Assembly (NCBI RefSeq): GCF_009914755.1 | Contig: NC_060927.1 | Length of the DNA stretch: 64,000 bases | Origin: the human T2T-CHM13v2.0 reference genome, Homo sapiens | Direction: 5' to 3' (one strand) | Shown here: positions 1-14,837 of the stretch, piece by piece | Layout: every line of letters starts with the position of its first letter | Position numbering within the stretch: the first letter of the stretch is position 1 | Notes under the pieces: generated by a model | What the model saw: the letters and a program-made list of their open reading frames with translations, nothing else | Told to the model about the DNA's origin: nothing | Databases searched by the model: none | Translations under genes and position numbers: made by a program

Positions 1-189
1 TCTCTACTAAAAATACAAAAATTAACTGGGTGTGGTGGTGCACACCTGTAATCCCAGCTTCTTGGGAGGCTGAGGTGGGAGGATCATTGAGCCTGGGAGG
101 CAGAGGTTGCAGCGAGCCAAGATCATGCCACTGCACTCCAGCCTGGGTGACAGAGCAATCCTCTGTCTCAAACAAACAAACAAAACAAA
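1..189 (+). mobile_element. Alu, right part (cut by window edge), (AAAC)n tail
   Basis: TCTCTACTAAAAATACAAAA...GCACTCCAGCCTGGGTGACAGAGC. Confidence 0.95.
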
Positions 190-802
190 TTTGTGTGTAC
201 CTCACAACAAAGCTTCAAAATACATGAAACAAAAATTGGCAAAACCAAAGAGAGAAAGAGGCAAAACCACAATCATAGTTGAATATAACACCTCTATCAC
301 TAATTGACAGAACTTGTGAAGAAAAAAAAAGTCAGTAAGGATATAAAAGATTTGAACACCACTATCAACCAACTTGATCCTTGGCATTTATGAAGCACTA
401 CACATCACTACAGAATTTGAAAAACAGCAAAATGGCAGATGTTAGTCCCTCCTTATTAGTAATTACTATAAGTACAAAAGGATTAAATTTACTAACTAAA
501 ATGTAGACACTGGCAGAATGGATAAAAAAAAAACAAGCAAAAAACTTCCCACATGATCCAATTTTATGTTGTCTGCAAGAGACCCTTGTTAGATCAAAAG
601 ACAGGTTAAAAGTGAGCTGGGTTGGCTATACTAATATCAGACAAAATAGACTAAGTTATAATAAAAATTGTTACATGAGACAAAGGTGATTATATGTTGA
701 TGAAAGGTTAATTCCTACAGGAACCATAACAATTATAAGCACATATGCACCAAACAACAGAGCCACAAATATACGCAGCAAAGTGACAAATGCAGGGAGA
801 AT

Positions 803-941
803 TTTTTCTTCTTTTTTCTATTTTAGTGATGGAGGTCTGTCTATGTTGACCAGGCTGGTCTTGGACTCCTGGCCTCAAGCAGTCCTCCCACCTTGGCCCT
901 CCAAAGTGCTGGGATTACAGGTGTGAGCCACTGCACCTAGC
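803..941 (-). mobile_element. FLAM / Alu left-arm monomer
   Basis: Single arm ending CCAAAGTGCTGGGATTACAGGTGTGAGCCACTGCACCTAGC. Confidence 0.85.
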
Positions 942-987
942 TGAGAAGTGGTTTTATAATAGTAATTGGAGACTTCACAGCTGTCAT

Positions 988-1250
988 CATAGCTACCATT
1001 TGTTAAGCACTTACTGTATGCCAAGACTGTCTTAGGCACTTTACGTTTATGGACTCATTTCATTCACAACTGCCCTTGTGGCAGGTTCTATCACTATCCC
1101 TATTTTGCTGAAGAGGAAACTATGGCATAGAAAAGTGGCAGGTCCCATTAATATCCCCATTTTGAGGAAGAGGAAACTATGGCATAGAAAAGTTAAATGA
1201 CATGCCCAAGGTTTACAAAGGTGTAAGTGGAAGATCTTGGATTATAAGAC
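988..1250 (-). mobile_element. MIR with an internal 57-bp duplication
   Basis: ATAGCTACCATTTGTTAAGCACTTACTGTATGCCA and CCCATTTT..GAGGAAACT..GGCATAGAAAAGTTAAATGACATGCCCAAGG match the reverse-complement MIR core. Confidence 0.85.
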
Positions 1251-1339
1251 TCTTTTGGGAAATTAGATTTGATCCTTAGAGGTTTCCTAGTCTCATTTCC
1301 CACTGAAGAAGGGATTCCTTTCTCTGACAATACTGGTTC

Positions 1340-1470
1340 TGTAGACTCTACAGGAGCATTGAAGATGGGGGAATCACTGCTTCAACAGCAAGACATTCTA
1401 GTATGGCCTATTCTAATTGCTAGAAAGTTTTTTTTTTTCCTGTATTGGGGTGAAATCTCACAACTTTGAT
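1340..1470. mobile_element. Probable L3/CR1 LINE fragment
   Basis: CTAATTGCTAGAAAGTTTTT..CCTGTATTGGGGTGAAATCT resembles the recalled L3 consensus CTAATTGTTAGAAAGTTCTTCCTTATATTGAGCCGAAATCT. Confidence 0.55.
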
Positions 1471-1889
1471 TCACTAGTCTTTGTAATAACAGAAAATAAG
1501 CCAATTGTTCTGACTGTTGAGATATGTGAAGGTTTTCATGTCATTCACCACTAACCCCAGCATCAGTTGGAGACTTCAGTACCATACTTTCAATAATAGA
1601 ACATTTAGACAGCAGAATAAGGAAACAGAAGTCTTGAACAACACTATAAGTCAATGAAACCTGACAGAGTTATGTAGAACACTTAACCCAATCACACCAG
1701 AATTGACATTCTTCTCAAGTGTACATGGAACATTCTTCAGGACAGACATATGTAAGACCACAAAACAAGTTCCAATAAATGTAAAAAGACTGAAATAATA
1801 CTAAGTATCTTCTTGGATAACAATGGAATGAAGCTAGAAATCAATAATAGAAGGAAAACTGGAAAATTCACAAATATGTGAAAATAACA

Positions 1890-2183
1890 TTTATTTTTTT
1901 TGAGACGGAGTCTTGCTCTGTTGCCTAGGCTGGAGTGCAGTAGCGTGGTCATAGCTCACTGTGGGCTCAATCTCCTGGGCTCAAGCTATCCTCCTGCCTT
2001 AGCCTCCTGGATAGCTGGGATCATAGGGACATGCCACCATGCCCTGCTGATTTTTAAATTTTTTTGTAGAGTCGGGTCTCACTATGTTGCCCAGGCTAGC
2101 CTTGAACTCCTGGTCTTAAGTGATCCTCCTGCCTTGGCCTCCCAAAGTGCTTGAGTAACAGGCATGAGCCACTGTGCCTGGCC
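1890..2183 (-). mobile_element. AluJ-type element
   Basis: Full dimer, antisense, J-type diagnostics (CTCCTGGGCTCAAGC, CTATGTTGCCCAGGCT). Confidence 0.92.
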
Positions 2184-2343
2184 CCAAATTAACACATTAT
2201 TAATCAATAGGTGAAAGAAATAATGGCTATTTAAAAATACTTTGAGATGAATAGAAATGAAAATATATCATATGGGATGCAATGAAAGCAGTATACTTAG
2301 AGGGAACTTTATAAATGTAAATGCTTACATTAAAAAGAAGAAA

Positions 2344-2668
<325 letters not shown>

Positions 2669-2877
2669 TCAAGGAACTAGAAATATATTAGATAATTTAG
2701 CTATTTAACATAGTGCTCACTGGAACTTGGAATACAGTAGGCACTTACTAAATATTAGTCTCATATATCCAACACAAAGATTCATCATTGACACTACTTT
2801 GAAAATAAATGTAAGTTACTATTTATGGCACTATTTCCACTTCTGCAGTTTGTTTTGGTGGATTGTTTTTTTAATCC

Positions 2878-5228
<2,351 letters not shown>

Positions 5229-5450
5229 AGTATCAAATGGCCATGTATTGCCATTTTTATGAAACAGTGATAGGACATAAAATATTTTATATTACTCAAT
5301 ATTAGAATATGGTGGCTGCATGAAATTAGTCACACCCTATTTGTAGGACAATAATTGGGGCCGTTCTGATCTAGTAGTATAAAAACAATTAATTTTTTCC
5401 ACATTGATTAAAGAACATTTTCACAATTTCCTTTTTTTTTTTCTTTCCAG

Positions 5451-5512
5451 GTTTTCTCAAACAATGATGAAGGCCTTATTAACAAAAAGTTACCCAAAGA
5501 ACTTCTGTTAAG
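5451..5512 (+). CDS. FBXL2: Internal coding exon (exon 2) of F-box/LRR-repeat protein 2: VFSNNDEGLINKKLPKELLL(R), start of the F-box
   Basis: Long polypyrimidine tract plus CAG acceptor (TTTCCTTTTTTTTTTTCTTTCCAG, ends 5450) and donor AAG|GTAAAT after 5512. The 62 nt are 20 codons plus 2 nt (phase 0 in, phase 2 out). The peptide matches the recalled FBXL2 N-terminus MVFSNNDEGLINKKLPKELLLR (paralog FBXL20 has FSNSDEAVINKK). The ATG lies on an upstream exon outside the window. Confidence 0.95.
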
Positions 5513-6176
5513 GTAAATGTAGATAAATTCTGGATGAAGAGTTTAGATCTGATTTAGTCATCAAGTTCCAAGACTATCTTCTTTCTCACTGTGAGTCCAT
5601 AGCATAGAAAAACAGACAGAATTAGCCTAACTGACTTTTTGTTTTTGTTTTATAGAATGCTGTTCAGCTTGTTGTTAAATTTTACTTGGTCTAATCCAGA
5701 ATGTACTAAGTATGTACATAGCATTGGTCTGGATTCTTTTTGTAATGTGGTAAGTATTGTAATAATCTTCAGTAGGTGCCATTGTTTTGTTTTCAGTAGA
5801 TAATCGTGATGAAGTCAGTAATATGAGGAGACATTATTGCAAGGTTGTGAGCTCCTGAAGTCATAAAGTTTTTGATGTTTTCAGACAAATGAGTTTTAAA
5901 ATAAATGCAAAAAATAAGCACAGTTATGATATGTTCTTAGCACTTAAAATGCTGTCAACCCCAAGTATTGGTATGTTTTTATTCATATGAGAAGTATAAG
6001 TGACAGTAGTATAAAATAGGCTTTTTGTCTTTTGTTTCTGGCATCACTGAATATACAGTAAATGTTATTTTGGTTGTTGTTTTTACTAAGTAAAGCTATC
6101 AGCAAACATTTGTTGGCCTGGAGGCACTTCAGTTTTCTTTAGTATTATGCAATCATCAAAAGAAATCTTATTTTAA

Positions 6177-6505
6177 GGCCAGGAGTGGTAGCTCATGTCT
6201 GTAATCCCAGCACTTTGGGAGGCTGAGGTGGGTAGATCACTTGAGGCCGGGAATTTGAGACCAGCCTGGCCAATGTGGTGAAACCCTGTCTCTACTAAAA
6301 ATACGAAACAATTAGCCAGGCGTGGTGGTGCACGCCTGTAATCCCAGCTACTGGGGAGGCTGAGGCATAAGAATTGGGAGGCTGAGGCAGGAGAATCATT
6401 TGAAGCTAGGAGGCAGAGGTTGCAGTGAGCCTAGCCTGTGCTAACTGCACTCTAGCCTGGGTGACAGAGTGAAACTCTGTCTCAAAAAAAAAAAAAAAAA
6501 AAAAA
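6177..6505 (+). mobile_element. AluS-type element with a 22-nt internal duplication
   Basis: GGCCAGGAGTGGTAGCTC...A22 tail, CTTATTTT on both flanks. Confidence 0.93.
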
Positions 6506-6804
6506 GCTTATTTTTGTTTTAGATGTTGTTATATTTTAATTCTTTACGAGGAATTAATAGGTGTACACATGGTAATCCTTGATAGTCATTCCCCTAACTG
6601 TTTCTCTTATCACTGATACTCCACAAAACAACAGCAACAGAAACCAGATTTTGTGATCAAATAACTATAGGAAACAAACTGTAGTCCTATAGGGTTAACA
6701 AAACCTATAGGACTTCACAGGGCCTTAATAGGCTAATGTGCATGGCGATGATACAAGTTGGGTAATTGTGCCATTTCAAACTTACTGACAATGGAATCCT
6801 TTTA

Positions 6805-7232
<428 letters not shown>

Positions 7233-7724
7233 CTAAATCTCACTTTAACATTTGGGGAATGACTATGAGTTTTGTTTAAATATTGGGAATAATTATTTTC
7301 ATCTCTTCCCAAGTTCACCACAGAACCACTTTGTAGATGCCACAGATTACTCACATTTGCTGTCATCAGGTTATTAAGACATTTTTCCTTCAGTTAGAAA
7401 TGGGGTAAGGACTTAGCTTCTTTGTGGTAGTGATCACATTTCACGGACTTCAGAGGGTGTTTCATTAGTCATCAGGTGTTGTTTGACACTGTTGTCATGA
7501 GCTCCTTCTCAGTTGATTAAAAAAACTGAGACAGGATTGTATGAAAAATATCAATTATATTTTCCAATAAGACAAATATTTGGATAAGAGAGAATGTTCT
7601 TCGGCATTTTTGACAAGTTTAAGGTAAGAAAGTGGTGACAAGAAAGAAATGTATGTTTGCCATATAAACCCAAAAGGCTTTGCTCAAGCACAGTAAGTTG
7701 TTAGAAGCAATACCGCTGTGTCCC

Positions 7725-7815
7725 GGTGGGCAGATTGTCACTATACAACTGCACGGATGCCATCCACATTGACTACAGTGTAGATGGTGCCCCCTAGGAT
7801 TATGCAGTGCTTGCA
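7725..7815. mobile_element. MER91-like (hAT-Tip100) palindromic MITE remnant
   Basis: CACTATACAAC..TGCCATCCACATTGACTACAGTGTAGATGGTGCCCCCTAGGATTATGCAGTG resembles the recalled MER91 core GCGCCATTCACATAGACTACAATGTGAATGGCGCCCCCTGGAGTTGTGCAGTG. Confidence 0.65.
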
Positions 7816-8503
7816 GTCTGGGTCTGAACATTTCTCTAGAGTGGGCATCAAGCTGTAATCTAAATATGGTATTCTTACCCTGGGGAATCATAAGCAGCTT
7901 CAGGCAGGCCCATGTTGGTCACTAAACATTAGGGTGTGATTAAACTCCACCCTTCTCATGCATACTTCTGCTGTGACTCAAGGCTACTAACTGAATGGTT
8001 TTTTCCTTCTGGTGGGGTTTGCTTTTGTACTCCACTGAGCCATAGAACAGTTTCTGTCTGTTGATACCAAAAAAATAAAAAGGAATTATATCACTTTCTA
8101 TGGTAGTGTGATTTCTAAACTGCAGTCTTGGAAACTTCAGTTCTTTTAAAGATCCATGATGGACTCAGCTGTTAGGAATTCTGGAGGTTGTCATCACTAC
8201 TTATAGCTTTTGAATCATGCCATAAAGCTCATACATAGATCACTTTTCAGAAAGAATTGCCATTTGTGAGCAAATGTTAATGTCTCTTCATAGACTTATG
8301 TTCCCACTTGTATTCTTATTTCAGAGTCTGTAAGGGGAATTTAAAATATTGCCACTACAGATCTTCTCCAACTTGTGAGTCTCAAAATTAACTCTAGCCA
8401 ACCATGTATTTTAATTTAAGAATTTTTTGCTGGCCTTTAAATCATTTCTGTCATTTTACTTTCAGACTTTCCATTCTCTGTGTAGCTTTCCCCCTTTTCC
8501 TAG

Positions 8504-8804
<301 letters not shown>

Positions 8805-9663
8805 TTTCCTAGCTACCCTTTCTAAGAAAAATGTTGAAGAAGGGTTTGAACCAGATTTCCTAAGCATCCATCTTCATCATTAGTTAATTCCACAACATTG
8901 GGTGTAACAAAGCCCCCACCTCATGAAGCTTAAATCTTTATTATTTTCTGCTCAGTTAAATTATGTCTTCATTGTCTACCCTTGGCTTATATTTTTATTT
9001 CATATTGTAGACTTCTTTGGGACAGTGTAGTCTGTTGTTCCTAATCTTGTTGAATTCCTATTCACCTTCAGTCTTACTTCCTCAATACATGTGAATTCTT
9101 TGACTTTGAGACAGACCTATTTGCTTTCAGTCCAGATCATTTTCTCTTCTGCCACTTTTGACTGCTTCTGTTACTGCCATCTTTAATTCTCAACTAGCTT
9201 CCAATACTGATCACATCAACCGAAGCTTCAGCTTCCCCTTTGGAACCATTAACAAGCATAATCTGGAATAATATGCTGCTTTTCATCTCTCTGTTATCAC
9301 TTTGAATCCACTCAGAAAAATCTATGTTTTCTTTTCATCTGATTTTATTGATAGTTTTAAGAATATATATTATTTACAGATTCCTTCTCTACTACCCATT
9401 TTTAGTTTGTTACTGAACAAGTTTTTACAGTTTTGCTTTTTAAAATCCAGCTCTTGCTCATAAATTAAGGCTACTGAAGTTTTTTCCCTACCCTTTGCTC
9501 TCACATAGCCCAACAAACAGCTTTTAGTATTATTCTTCCTGGGGAGTCAGTCACATAATTTTTATAACAGTGGAAGTACTTAATTTGTTGCAACCATTAT
9601 CTATTAGTGAGTTGGAGTATCCTTGCATATATTTTTTCACATTGTTATTGTCCATATTACTGT

Positions 9664-9851
9664 TGGAATCAGACTTTCTGGGTTCAGATTTCAACTCTTC
9701 TTATTTATTAGTTGTGTGACCTTAGTTACTTAACTCTCTGGGCCTTAATTTGCCCATCTATAAAATGAGAATAGTAATAGTTCTTACCTTATGGGGTTGT
9801 TGTTCTTAGAGTACCTGGCATGTAAGTATTAAATAAATGTTCGCTCTTATT
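9664..9851 (+). mobile_element. MIR
   Basis: GTGTGACCTT..GTTACTTAAC.TCTCTGGGCCTTAATTTGCCCATCTATAAAATG..AAATAAATGTT. Confidence 0.88.
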
Positions 9852-11419
9852 GTATATTAATATCAATTTTTGGATGCCCGAATATTTAATAAATGCTATT
9901 TGACAATGCAGTCAGCTTTAATGCAAACAACTGATGAATCCAGCTCTTAATATGGATCTTAATATATGCTACTGCTAACAATATCTCAGTAAAGTACCTG
10001 ATTATTAAGTAACTCTGTGAAGGCCCAATGCTTCATTTCATTAAACTGGACGAATTCAATCTCAATAGAAATTGCATACTACTATCTTATATTAAACTGA
10101 CAATTACTGTTGCTTAAGCAAATGTGTGGTGTTGTGACACCTGATTTACAACTGCAATTACCTTGCATTATAAAAAAAGATAGTCTCTTGGAGGGAACTC
10201 TTCCCTTTTTGAGAAAAAAAAATGTCTTCTGTGAATTGAATATTGACCTAAAACTCAGATTATAAATTATAATAGTAATTTGACTTTAAGTTTTAATTTC
10301 TACTATGGTTGCTTTCAGATGTTAGTGATGAAGTAAAAGCACATGTAAAACCCCTCATAGGAGACAGCAAGTGATACCTGCAGTAAACAGCTTAAAACAT
10401 CCTGAGGAGACAAAGCTCTAGTTAGTCATAAATAATAATGAAAGAAAATTACTAGACACATTTAAAACATTAAATTACTATTATTGATGTAATTTTCTTT
10501 CCTTTTTAAATTTGTGTGGATACATGATAAAATTTATTGGCTTGATAAAGGAAGATTTCATTGCCCCAAATGAGGGATTTGAGCCTAATAATTCTGGGCA
10601 ATATGAAATCAAAGACACAATTTCATATAATACAACAGTTTTAGTAGTTGAATTTGCTTGGGAAAATTATAAAATGACTAGCACATCATTTTCAAATTTT
10701 CCTTTTCTTAAATTTGTAAGCCAATCCCATGAGTGAAAAATCATTATGGTTTTTGTTGGAATCATTAAGATATAGCCCAGTGCTTATCATAGGTCCTTGG
10801 CAAGCAGTACAGTAAAGGGCTCATTCCTGCTATGGGTCTCATTGAGTAGGTCTTGTTGCCTGCTGGTTGGTTTCAGCACTCCATGGGCTTTTTAAAGGAC
10901 TGCTGCCTCTATTTCCTGCTGTCTGTGGTGCCTGCTGCCTTATATACCAGGGCATCCTAACAGGTAAGATGCTCTTTTGGGGGTACATGCTTCAATTTCA
11001 AATTTAAGCATCTATGCAGATTTTCCCTCTTTGCCGAAGAGTTTTTTTAGGTTGGTTTGCTCGCTCTCGTGGTTGTTTTTTGACTTGTGTGTGGCAGTGT
11101 GGGACTGAATAAATGTGTATGTTGAAATCAAATGCAGAAGCTTAAAAGCCCTCATTTTCATTACCTCCCTAAACTGTTATGTACTGTTTTAAGGTTGGCA
11201 CCAAGGTCCAAATTGGCAGAAGCAAATTTTCTTTAGTCTAGGTTGGGGTTATGCTTGTATATGAAAACTCTGAGGATGACTTTGGATTTTATATCTATAT
11301 TGAGATGCCATGAAACATCAATAGAGCTTTTCTGATAGGAAGGATAGAAACTAGATACATTTTGCCTCAGAGCCTTATTCCTAGCAAATTATATTAGAGA
11401 TCTATTCATTTAAAAACTG

Positions 11420-11960
11420 TGAATTCAGTAACAGAAAAGATTGGTGAATTTGACTGTATGAATCGTGAAGTATGGTAAAATTATACCATACTAAAGATAA
11501 ATAGTACAGTGGTGGATGAAATAATTAGATATACATTATAAGCAAGGGCATTATTCTTCAATATGCAAAGAAAATCAAGATTATTAAGATAAAGGTAGAT
11601 TGATTTTATTAGAAATACAGTTTGAAGAGGCCACTAACAAAAGAAGAAATACAAATGGCTAATAAATGTATAAACAGATGCTCAACAAGGCCCATATTTA
11701 AATACAAATCAAAATAACAATAAGATATTACCCAAAAGTTTGATAATATTAGGTTTTGGCAAGGAGATACGAGATACTTTAGGTGGGAATATAAACTGTA
11801 GCAGCCATTCTGTAGGGCCACTGGAAAAAATTTTTTAAATGCTAAATGTATGTATTCACAAATTCCATTTCTAGAAATTTACTAACATATATTTGCAAAA
11901 GCACACTGAGGCATATATACAGGATGATTACTGCAGCATTTTAAAAACTTCAGTTATGCA
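11420..11960 (+). mobile_element. Degraded L1ME-like ORF2 3' fragment
   Basis: GAAGAAATACAAATGGCTAATAAATGTATAAACAGATGCTCAAC and CAAATTCCATTTCTAGAAATTTA. Confidence 0.7.
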
Positions 11961-12049
11961 GAATTGGATTACTCATAATTCTTGGTTAATGATACATTTT
12001 ACCATTGATCCATGCATTGCCCTCTTTTATTCATTTTGTAGTATAAGGA

Positions 12050-14045
12050 ATGTACATAAATGCTGCCCCTCCTCATTCCCCAACATAAAGGTAATATTAT
12101 CAACAACTTTGTATTTATGATTTCTTGCTTCTTAAAACTTTTTATCTTAAATATATTTTGACTAAACAATATGTTTACTTTTGCTTGTTTATTAACTTCG
12201 TAAAAAAAGTATATGGTATATTCTTAGAAATGTTTTTCACTCAAAATTCTGTTATGAAAGGTGATTCTTGTTGCTCTGATTGGCTGTTGCTCATTCATTT
12301 TTACTGCTGTATAATATTCTACTGTGTGAATGTACTAAAATTTTATTTTTTCCCCCTTTACTGAGTATTTTGGTTGTTTCCAGTGTTTTATCAGTAAGAG
12401 CAGTGCTGCTTTGGACATCCTCGTAGATGTCTCCTGGTGCACAAGTACACAATTTTCTCTGAAAGTAGAATTTCTGAGGGTTATAGGCTATACAGATATT
12501 TAACTTTATAAAGAAATATTAAATCATTTTTCCAAAGAGGTCTTACCAGTTTATGTTCATACAAAGAGTGGATAAGAGATTCAGTGCCAAACTGAATCTC
12601 TTTCCAACACTTAGTGTTGTCGCATGTCTTAATTTTTGCCAAAGAAGTGTAGAATGGCACCTTATTGTGCTTTTGTTTTGAATTTCCCTGGATTCTAGTA
12701 ATGTTGAGCATCTGTTCATATGTTTATTAGTCACACGTGTTTCCTCTTCAGTGAAACACGTATTTTTGTTTTTGGCCTATTTGGTTATCGGCTTATTGAT
12801 CTGTAGTTCTTTATATTCTCAGTATAATCTTTGTACTGATATTAATGTTTAGCTGACAAATACTTTATCCCATCTTCTAACTTGTTTTTTTCACATTCTA
12901 AGGCATTTTTTAATGAATACCTTTTGTGAAGTCAAATGTATCAATCTTTTCTTTTATGCTTAGCGTTTTTTGTGCTTTCTTAAGGAACTTCCTCCTTACC
13001 CTGAAGACAAAGAGATAGTCACATGTATTTTCTTCTGAAAGCTTAAAAATTTTGTTTTTGATATTTCAGTTTTTAATCACTGTGGTACATATGTTTATAT
13101 ATAAGATAAGAATACATTTTTGTTTTCTTTTGCATATGGATTATCAATTTTTTCCAGGTTCGTTTGTTGAATGATCCTTTCGTTTCTACATAGAAATGCC
13201 CTATCACCTCTGTCATGTATTTATGAGTCTATTTCTAGTATTTAGTATTTTCTGTGTGTCAATACTACATATTTGGTAAGGCATCTGTATTTTTGAGTGA
13301 CCAGGGCCCACAAATTTATTTCTCATACTATCTTTATCTGATTTTTTTTTGAATTAATATAAGCCTCAAAGAATTGAGTTGAGCAGTATGCACGTGTTTT
13401 TCTGTCCTCCAAAAGCATCTATTTGTCTTGGTTTAATTGTTCCTTGAAAGTCTGTTAGAACTATTAAATTATGTGAGGCTAGAATTTTCTTTTTGGGAAA
13501 TTAATTATTACTTTAATTTGTTAGAAATGAATAGTATTTTTCAAGCTTTTTTTCTGTTTTTTCTTGAGTCACTTTTACTAATTTTATTTTTCTAGGAGTG
13601 TGTCCACTTTGAGTTTTACATTGGTAAAACTCTTGGTAGCTGTCTTTTTATTTTCTTTGTAAACTCTGCTGTATCTGTTGTAATGTTACTTTCTTCCTTA
13701 ATATCGTTAGTTTATGCTCAAGTGTTCCCTCCTTGATTAATCTCACTAGAAGTTTACCTATTTCATTAGTCTTCAAAAACTAGCTTTTGGCTTCATTCTT
13801 TTCTATTGTTTCTTCGTTTCTATTTTAATAGTTTCCATTCATGTCTCTGTAAAAATTTTTTCTTTGCGTTTTATTCTGTTTTCTTTAGTTGCCTTCATAA
13901 GTTGGACATTTAATTGCTTATTTTTTGAGCCTTAGACAATTAACTCAAAGCTCTTCTTTTGTTGCATTCTACAAATTTTGAACTGTAGTGTTTTTCTTAT
14001 TCAGTTTCAAATATTTATCACGTACCGCTTTTGCTTCTTTGACCC
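12050..14045 (-). mobile_element. Degraded L1ME-like element
   Basis: Antisense L1 motifs (GGTTGTTTCCAG, GAATTTCCCTG..AATGTTGAGCATCTGTTCATATGTTTATT, TCTTTGACCCAT). Confidence 0.75.
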
Positions 14046-14837
14046 ATACGTGTTTTTTTTAAAAAGCTTTATCATAAAATACAATATATAGTCAGAGAAC
14101 TACACAAAACAAATATATGAAACAAATATCCTTGTAGACACCACGTAAGTCAATAAACTTTGCCAGTCACCAAAGAAGCACCTCTGTGCCCAAATCACAA
14201 CTGCTTTTTTCCTCTTCTGAAGGAACCACTATCTTGACTTATAGCTATCACTATGTTTCATTTCTTTGTAGATTTATCACCTATATGTGCATCCTTAGAC
14301 ATTACAGCTAGTCTTGCCCATCTAAAAAAAATTATAAATCTTTGAAGTCTCAGTTAATCTGCAGGTCCCCTCTCCATATCTTTCTCTTCCATACATTTGT
14401 CTGTTGAAGAACTTGGGTTATTTGGCCTGTAGAAGTTCCCACAGTCTGGATGCTTATTGTGTCCTCACAGTGCAATTTCAAGTTTCTTCCATCCTTTATA
14501 TTTCTTGGAAGATTCACAGTTGGATCCAGAGACTTTATAAGATTGATTCTACCCCTTTGGTAGGACTTTCTGTGGTGCTGTATTTGTTCATCAGGAGTCA
14601 TACAATGTTTGGTTTTATCTTTTTTCAGATGCTAGTGTCGATGCTTATTGTCTACATCATTAATTTATTGGGGCTGCAAAGTGGTGATACTCTTAATTCT
14701 TTTTCTTCCCACTTAGTGGAATACTTTTATAAACAGGCACTTCAGTTCTATTTGAGTGCCTAGTGTTATATTTTATATAGGAAAGGTGGGGAAAATGCTT
14801 GATTCTATCCTTTTATTTGCCAGTTTTAGAAATAATG

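Noticed and set aside
12735-12761. 9-bp inverted repeat ACGTGTTTC..GAAACACGT
   Set aside because: Short enough to be expected by chance, and it lies in decayed L1.
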